From: a virus
Taxonomy: Duplodnaviria; Heunggongvirae; Uroviricota; Caudoviricetes
Direction: 5' to 3' (one strand)
DNA length: 11,868 nucleotides
Virus record (IMG/VR): IMGVR_UViG_2711768053_000004
Coordinates: 1 to 11,868 of that record
In this document: piece after piece, positions 7,308 to 11,868 of the stretch
How the letters are laid out: every line of letters begins with the position of its first letter
Position numbering within the stretch: position 1 is the first letter of the stretch
Program-made: the position numbers and the translations under genes
Notes under the pieces: model-generated
The model's input: only the letters and a program-made list of their open reading frames with translations
What the model was told of the DNA's origin: nothing
Databases searched by the model: none

Positions 7308-7751
7308 AACGTACATAAACATCACGCATTCGCAACAAGACTTAAGTCAGAAATGGATAGAAAAAACAAATCCATCAAAGACTTAAGCTTATCTACGGGC
7401 GTCACATACGAAATGGCGCGACGCTACACCCTAGGTACAGCTAAACCCCGCGACGAAAAACTCGAACGAATAGCAGAATTTCTGGGAGTTGAACCTGCAT
7501 GGCTGGAATACGGTCAGCCAACAGAGAAAGGAATTGAACCAGCAGAAGATTCATTTGTAACACAAAGATCTGGTGCCAATAGCAATGGCGAATTTACTGA
7601 GTTAAGTGAAGATGAAAAGCGGCTGATACGAACGTTTCGGGAGTTTCCGCCAGTTGAAGCCAGGAATATGCTTCTGGCTTTTGAGATGAGACTCAAGAAA
7701 CTTTACGATTTCTACGAGAAATACGCCAGCACCCCACCACCTTCTGAGTGA
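7299..7751 (+). CDS. Prophage repressor, DicA/RacR-like (XRE-family HTH)
   Basis: N-terminal HTH (ATRLKSEMDRKNKSIKDLSLSTGVTYEMARRYTLGTAKPRDEKLERIAEFLGVEPAWLEYG) plus a C-terminal helical domain. Divergent from the Cro-like gene and followed by a strong terminator. Start is ambiguous: TTG 7242 (ORF track), ATG 7263 or ATG 7299. None has an SD, so the mRNA may be leaderless. Confidence 0.75.
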   Translation: MVENVHKHHAFATRLKSEMDRKNKSIKDLSLSTGVTYEMARRYTLGTAKPRDEKLERIAEFLGVEPAWLEYGQPTEKGIEPAEDSFVTQRSGANSNGEFTELSEDEKRLIRTFREFPPVEARNMLLAFEMRLKKLYDFYEKYASTPPPSE

Positions 7752-7767
7752 CTTTATCTGTTAACAC

Positions 7768-7792
7768 CCCCCGGCATTGCCGGGTTTTTTTT
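7768..7792 (+). terminator. Rho-independent terminator after the repressor gene
   Basis: CCCGGC-att-GCCGGG (7770-7784) followed by eight T (7785-7792), 18 nt after the repressor stop. Confidence 0.8.
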
Positions 7793-7846
7793 GCCTTAAA
7801 AAACAACTTTATGTAGACAAAAACACAACAAACTCTACTTTTAGTG

Positions 7847-7874
7847 TTGACACATCTACTTCAAGTAGTATCAT
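7847..7874 (+). promoter_or_regulatory. pL-like early promoter with embedded operator
   Basis: -35 TTGACA (7847-7852), 16-bp spacer, -10 TATCAT (7869-7874). The spacer contains the perfect palindrome CTACTT-c-AAGTAG (7856-7868), which matches the CTAC-N5-GTAG sites in the cro/repressor intergenic region. Confidence 0.55.
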
Positions 7875-7947
7875 TAAGTCATCAAAGCACAACGGTGCGA
7901 CAGGTCTTAGTTCCGCTACCCCGGCGTTAAGGGGAAATGAGGTCAAC

Positions 7948-8103
7948 ATGGATACTATCGATCTTGGCAACAACGAATCTCTGGTATACGGCGTGTTCCC
8001 AAACCAGGACGGTACGTTCACCGCGATGACGTATACCAAAAGCAAAACGTTTAAAACCGAATCTGGCGCGCGTCGCTGGCTGGAAAGAAATTCAGGTGAG
8101 TGA
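7948..8103 (+). CDS. small early protein, 51 aa (YdfA-like by size and position)
   Basis: The ORF track gives 7777..8103, but that N-terminal extension crosses the terminator and promoter. The internal ATG at 7948 has GAGG at 5-nt spacing. The 51-aa size and first position in the operon match Qin ydfA (from memory). Confidence 0.6.
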   Translation: MDTIDLGNNESLVYGVFPNQDGTFTAMTYTKSKTFKTESGARRWLERNSGE

Positions 8104-8104
8104 T

Positions 8105-8233
8105 ATGGATTTCGACGCAATCATGGAAAAGGCTTACGAAGAATACTTCGAAGGCCTTGCCGAAGGCGAAGAAGCTCTCAGCTTCAGTGAGTTTAAACAG
8201 GCGCTTTCCAGCTCGGCAAAATCTAACGGCTGA
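8105..8233 (+). CDS. small acidic protein, 42 aa (YdfB-like by size and position)
   Basis: Hand-translated: MDFDAIMEKAYEEYFEGLAEGEEALSFSEFKQALSSSAKSNG. ATG at 8105, 1 nt after the previous stop, with SD AGGTGAG. Below the ORF-track cutoff. Confidence 0.5.
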   Translation: MDFDAIMEKAYEEYFEGLAEGEEALSFSEFKQALSSSAKSNG

Positions 8234-8263
8234 TAAGCGAAGCGGCACCGCGAGGAATTCAGT

Positions 8264-8674
8264 ATGCAGAAACGAGAACCCGTCATCATCGCGCCAGACT
8301 ATACCGATGATGAAATTTACGAATGGATGTGCGGGAAGATACGCGCCATTAATGACATGAAGCAGGCTGCTGACTACAAAGAGCGCCTCTCTAAAGAACT
8401 GGCATCAGCGGAGCAAGATATTACCACTCTGGCAAAAAGAGCGGCATTAAACGTTTCGCGAGTGATTGCAAACTACCGACCGATGAGGTTGACGATGAAT
8501 GAAACAGAACTTAAACACGTTATTGCCTTGCTTCTGGAAGATGCAAAACGCTTACATGAACTGGAACCCAATGCAGGCACAGAGGCCCGCATTTGGTTAG
8601 CAAAAAAATGCCTGGATAGTAAAAGTTTTCAGAAAGAAATAACAATCAGTTTTGAGAATTCGCCTCATCTATGA
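8264..8674 (+). CDS. hypothetical early protein (136 aa)
   Basis: ATG at 8264 with GAGGA at about 9-nt spacing. No family recognised. Confidence 0.6.
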   Translation: MQKREPVIIAPDYTDDEIYEWMCGKIRAINDMKQAADYKERLSKELASAEQDITTLAKRAALNVSRVIANYRPMRLTMNETELKHVIALLLEDAKRLHELEPNAGTEARIWLAKKCLDSKSFQKEITISFENSPHL

Positions 8675-8876
8675 ATTGTTGAATCAGGTTTGCTAATTCA
8701 GTGGCATGTTTATCACCTGTGCTTTTTAAAGCATCTGTTACACAATCTGAGCGAAGTTCTGGCGGAAGTCTTGTTGCCATCAAAGCTATCGCGAGCTTAA
8801 TGGCTCTTAATTCGGCATTTATTCCATCATGGGATAAATCATTATTAATAGTGGTTTTTATTGTGTTCAAAATCAC
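8646..8876 (-). CDS. hypothetical small protein (74-76 aa), convergent to the plus-strand operon
   Basis: AT-rich ORF. On the minus strand AGGAGG is followed by GTG with no spacer and by TTG at 6-nt spacing, so a TTG start at 8868-8870 is plausible. Its 3' end overlaps the 136-aa gene by 29 nt. Could be spurious. Confidence 0.3.
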   Translation of the reverse strand: MILNTIKTTINNDLSHDGINAELRAIKLAIALMATRLPPELRSDCVTDALKSTGDKHATELANLIQQFIDEANSQN

Positions 8877-9189
8877 CCTCCTGAGGGTTGTTAATTAAGG
8901 AGTTCTCCACGGGTGAGGCGGAGTGCGTGCGCCGGACACGGGTGAGCATCCGGCACTGGCAGTTTACTGAAAGGATATATCCCTGAAAAGTCAGGGCATA
9001 ACACGGAAGCGCACAGCGAAGTCATTCCTCCCTTTGTTGTGTACCACTGACATCTTCGTCTGTGCGCTTCCGGTTGTGGCACTCCGCGAAATGGCGCGGC
9101 GGTAAGTATGGCGGGGTTATCCTTACCCCATTAGTGGCACCGGGTTGTCAGGTTGACCATACGCCTGAGTGACAACCCCGCTACAACAA

Positions 9190-9256
9190 CCCATGGTGGT
9201 TACCTTTTGGCGGGTATCCGTTTTTTTTGTTTTCCCTTGTGATACCCGCCCTTTTT
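9190..9256 (+). ncRNA. dicF: DicF-like small RNA (approximate 5' end) with intrinsic terminator
   Basis: Sequence UGGUGGUUACCUUUUGGCGGGUAUC...GAUACCCGCCCUUUUU resembles E. coli DicF (UGGUGACGUUUGGCGGUAUC...CCGCCC, from memory). Terminator stem GGCGGGTATC (9209-9218) / GATACCCGCC (9241-9250) followed by a T-run (9252-9256). Lies immediately upstream of dicB, as in the Qin dicB operon. Confidence 0.55.
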
Positions 9257-9439
9257 AAAGTGAATTTTGTGATGCGGTGAATGCGGCTCAGCGCACGCGG
9301 AACAGTTAAAAAGGCCAGTTGACTTCCGTATTGGTTCTTATGGGTGGGTTCTCTGTATCCGGCGTTAATTGTTAACTGGTTAACGTCACCTGGAGGCACC
9401 AGGCACCGTATCACAAAATTCATTGTTGAGGACGCGATA

Positions 9440-9628
9440 ATGGAAACGTTATTACCAAACGTTAATACGTCTGAAGGTTGTTTTGAAATTGGTGTCAAAA
9501 TCAGTAACCCTGCATTTACTGAAGATGCCATTAATAAGAGAAAACACGAACGGGAGTTATTAAATAAAATATGCATTGTTTCAATGCTGGCCCGTTTACG
9601 TCTGATGCAAAAAGGATACTGGCAATGA
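9440..9628 (+). CDS. dicB: Cell division inhibitor DicB (62 aa)
   Basis: Translation METLLPNVNTSEGCFEIGVKISNPAFTEDAINKRKHERELLNKICIVSMLARLRLMQKGYWQ is near-identical to my recollection of E. coli K-12 DicB. ATG at 9440 with GAGGA about 8 nt upstream. The 5' extension in the ORF track (9344) is not supported. Confidence 0.8.
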   Translation: METLLPNVNTSEGCFEIGVKISNPAFTEDAINKRKHERELLNKICIVSMLARLRLMQKGYWQ

Positions 9629-9828
9629 ATACTGCTATTGCCCTCACTCTGACTGTTTTTCTTAATACTGGCGAGCCTGTTGACATGGTTATTGACATTT
9701 ACGGTTCAATGAAAGAATGCATGGCTGCCGCAGCAGAACAAAAAATTCCCGGTAACTGCTATCCGGTCGATAAAGTTATTCACATGGACAATAACGAAAT
9801 CCCGGCAGGACTTAAAACAGCACCGTAA
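9625..9828 (+). CDS. YdfD-like small protein (67 aa, hydrophobic N-terminus; putative lysis/toxic protein)
   Basis: ATG at 9625-9627 overlaps the dicB TGA (ATGA), with AAGGA at 7-nt spacing. Sequence begins MNTAIALTLTVFLNTGEPVD. Position after dicB matches Qin ydfD. Confidence 0.6.
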   Translation: MNTAIALTLTVFLNTGEPVDMVIDIYGSMKECMAAAAEQKIPGNCYPVDKVIHMDNNEIPAGLKTAP

Positions 9829-9908
9829 TTAATATCCGGTTTCATTTTTATATGCCAGCAATGGCAGGGATTTGTTCACCCTTAAATCTGTAATGAGGTT
9901 AAAACAAA

Positions 9909-11868
9909 ATGAGTAAAGTCTTTATTTGCGCCGCCATTCCGGACGAACAGGCAATAAAGGAAGAAGGTGCAGTCGCTGTAGCCACTGCCATTGAAGCCGG
10001 CGACGAACGCCGCGCCCGTGCCAAATTTACCTGGCAATTCCTGGAGCAATATCCGGCTGCTCAGGACTGCGCTTATAAATTTCTTGTCTGCGAGGATAAA
10101 CCCGGCATGCCCCGCCCTGCCATCGACTCCTGGGATACCGAATATATGCTGGAAAACCGCTGGGATGAGGAAGGCGCTTCCTTTGTTCCGGTCGAACCAG
10201 AATCCGATCCGATGAACGTCAATTTTGACAAGCTGTCCCTTGAAGTACAGAACGCGGTCCTGGTTAAGTTCGGTACATGTGAAAACATCACCGTTGATAT
10301 GGTGATTAGTGCACAGGAATTGTTGCAGGAGGACATGGCAACATTCGACGGGCATATCGTTGAGGCATTGATGAAAATGCCTGAAGTTAACGTCATGTAT
10401 TCAGAACTAAAGCTGCTCGCCATCGGGTGGGTTAAACATAAATGTAAGCCGGGTGCAAAATGGCCTGAGATCCAGACAGAATTACGCACCTGGAAAAAAC
10501 GTCGCGAAGCCGAACGCAAAGAAACCGGGAAATACACGTCTGTTGTTGATCTTGCCCGCGCCAGAGTCAACCGGCAGCACACTGAAAACTCAACAGGAAA
10601 AATCCCCCCTGTCACTGCCGCCATTCGTCGCGAATACAAGCAGACATGGAAAACACTGGATGAAGAACTGGCCTACGCTTTCTGGCCTGGTGATATTGAT
10701 GCCGGAAACATTGACGGCAGCATCCATCGCTGGGCAAAAAATGAAGTTATCGACAAAGATCGCGAAGACTGGAAGCGTATTTCCGCATCAATGCGCAAAC
10801 AACCTGATGCCGTTCGCTACGACCGTCAGACTATTTTTGGCCTTGTCCGTGAGCGTCCGATCGACATTCACAAAGATCCCGTGGCGCTGAACAAATACAT
10901 CACTGAATACCTGGCGACAAAGGGCGTGTTTGAGGATGAAGAAACAGACCAGAACACTGCTGATATTCTCCAGCCGTCAGCAGCACAAACTGATGCAGTG
11001 GAAACTGAAGTATCTGATACCAAAAAAAATGAAAGCGCGCTGGAAACTGAACCATCTGTAGAGCGTGAGGGGCCGTTCTACTTCCTCTTCACCGATAAGG
11101 ATGGCGAAAAATATGGTCGTGCAAACAAACTTTCTGGTCTGAATAAGGCGCTGGCTGCAGGGGCTACTGAAATCACGAAAGAAGAATATTTTGCCCGTAA
11201 AAACGGCACGTACTCAGGTTCACAACAAAATACTGGTGCCTCTGACACGACCGCACAACCAGAGCCGGTAAAAGTTACCGCTGACGAAGTAAACAAAATT
11301 ATGCAGGCAGCCAATATCAGCCAGCCTGACGCCGATAAGTTGCTTGCTGCCTCTCGCGGAGAATTTGTTGCAGGGATTAGCGACCCGAATGATCCGAAAT
11401 GGGTGAAGGGGATTGAAACCCGCGATTCTGTGTACCAGAACCAGCAAGAAACGGAACAGAACGACCAGAAAGCGGAACAAAACAGCCAAAATGCGTTACA
11501 AAACGAGCCAGAAACGAAACAACCTGAGCCAGTAGCGCAACAGGAACCGGAAAAAGTCTGCACCGCCTGCGGTCAGAGCGGTGGCGGCAACTGCCCTGAT
11601 TGTGGCGCGGTGATGGGCGACGCAACATACCAGGAAACATTCGATGAAGAGAATCAGGTTGAAGTTCAGGAAAATGATCCGAAGGAAATGGAAGGCGCTG
11701 AACATCCACACAAGGAGAATGCTGGCAGCGCTCAGGACCACGCCAGCGATAATGAAACTGGCGAGACGGCAGATCCCTTAATTGCGGTGAACGGTCATCA
11801 CGTTATCACATCCACCAGCAGAGTGTGGTACCACCTGATGATCGACATTGAAACAATGGGAACCAACA
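9909..11868 (+). CDS. recE: Exodeoxyribonuclease VIII, RecE-like (N-terminal ~653 codons; ORF continues past window end)
   Basis: Hand translation shows no stop from ATG 9909 to the window end. Residues DKLLAASRGEFVAGISDPNDPKWVKGIETRD...CTACGQSGGGNCPDCGAVMGDATYQETFDEE...EGAEHPHKENAGS closely match the linker/zinc-ribbon segment of E. coli RecE as I recall it. The C-terminal nuclease domain would lie beyond the window. Confidence 0.85.
   Translation, partial: MSKVFICAAIPDEQAIKEEGAVAVATAIEAGDERRARAKFTWQFLEQYPAAQDCAYKFLVCEDKPGMPRPAIDSWDTEYMLENRWDEEGASFVPVEPESDPMNVNFDKLSLEVQNAVLVKFGTCENITVDMVISAQELLQEDMATFDGHIVEALMKMPEVNVMYSELKLLAIGWVKHKCKPGAKWPEIQTELRTWKKRREAERKETGKYTSVVDLARARVNRQHTENSTGKIPPVTAAIRREYKQTWKTLDEELAYAFWPGDIDAGNIDGSIHRWAKNEVIDKDREDWKRISASMRKQPDAVRYDRQTIFGLVRERPIDIHKDPVALNKYITEYLATKGVFEDEETDQNTADILQPSAAQTDAVETEVSDTKKNESALETEPSVEREGPFYFLFTDKDGEKYGRANKLSGLNKALAAGATEITKEEYFARKNGTYSGSQQNTGASDTTAQPEPVKVTADEVNKIMQAANISQPDADKLLAASRGEFVAGISDPNDPKWVKGIETRDSVYQNQQETEQNDQKAEQNSQNALQNEPETKQPEPVAQQEPEKVCTACGQSGGGNCPDCGAVMGDATYQETFDEENQVEVQENDPKEMEGAEHPHKENAGSAQDHASDNETGETADPLIAVNGHHVITSTSRVWYHLMIDIETMGTN

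Noticed and set aside
7777-7947. N-terminal extension of ORF 7777..8103
   Set aside because: It would cross the repressor terminator T-run and the pL-like promoter. The ATG at 7948 has a good SD.
8100-8360. ORF 8100..8360 (86 aa)
   Set aside because: Out of frame with the well-placed 42-aa ORF and overlaps the start of the 136-aa gene. Basic, low-complexity translation.
8877-9260. Retron (msr/msd) interpretation of the structured noncoding region
   Set aside because: There are inverted repeats and long hairpins, but no reverse transcriptase gene follows. The downstream genes are dicB and recE.
9344-9439. 5' extension of dicB (ORF 9344..9628)
   Set aside because: DicB begins at METLLPN with its own SD. 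The extension runs back towards the sRNA terminator region.
9882-11741. Minus-strand ORFs antisense to recE (9882..10355, 10073..10639, 11078..11563, 11220..11489, 11377..11709, 11496..11741) and plus-strand 9991..10215, 10453..10890
   Set aside because: All lie within or opposite the RecE-like reading frame, which is supported by strong similarity. The translations are Cys/Ser/Arg-rich and typical of off-frame artefacts.
1-11868. tRNA, rRNA, CRISPR array, integrase or transposase
   Set aside because: No cloverleaf-like segments, no regularly spaced direct repeats with unique spacers, and no recombinase-like ORFs were seen. attL/attR and int are presumably outside this window.

Overview
This window reads as the early region of an E. 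coli-type lambdoid prophage, a mosaic of Qin-, Rac- and DLP12-like modules. All names rest on motif recognition from memory; no database search was run. Minus strand, read from high to low coordinates: a Cro-like YdaS-family regulator and a YdaT-like protein, an O-like replication initiator carrying two internal iteron arrays (probable ori), a P-like helicase loader, then a nin-type accessory block (three unknown proteins, a small membrane protein, an HNH endonuclease, a 114-aa unknown, a hok/mok/sok-like type I toxin-antitoxin locus, two small unknowns), a DUF968 protein and RusA. Plus strand: a DicA/RacR-like repressor with a clear terminator, a pL-like promoter with an embedded operator, two tiny early ORFs (YdfA/YdfB-like), a 136-aa unknown, about 300 nt of highly structured noncoding DNA, a DicF-like sRNA, DicB, a YdfD-like small protein and the first ~653 codons of a RecE-like exonuclease that runs off the window end. 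The ORF track treats GTG/TTG as starts, so several starts were re-assessed from RBS context. No tRNA, rRNA, CRISPR array or transposase was seen. The most unexplained part is 8646-9190: a convergent AT-rich small ORF plus the hairpin-rich noncoding stretch upstream of the DicF-like RNA.
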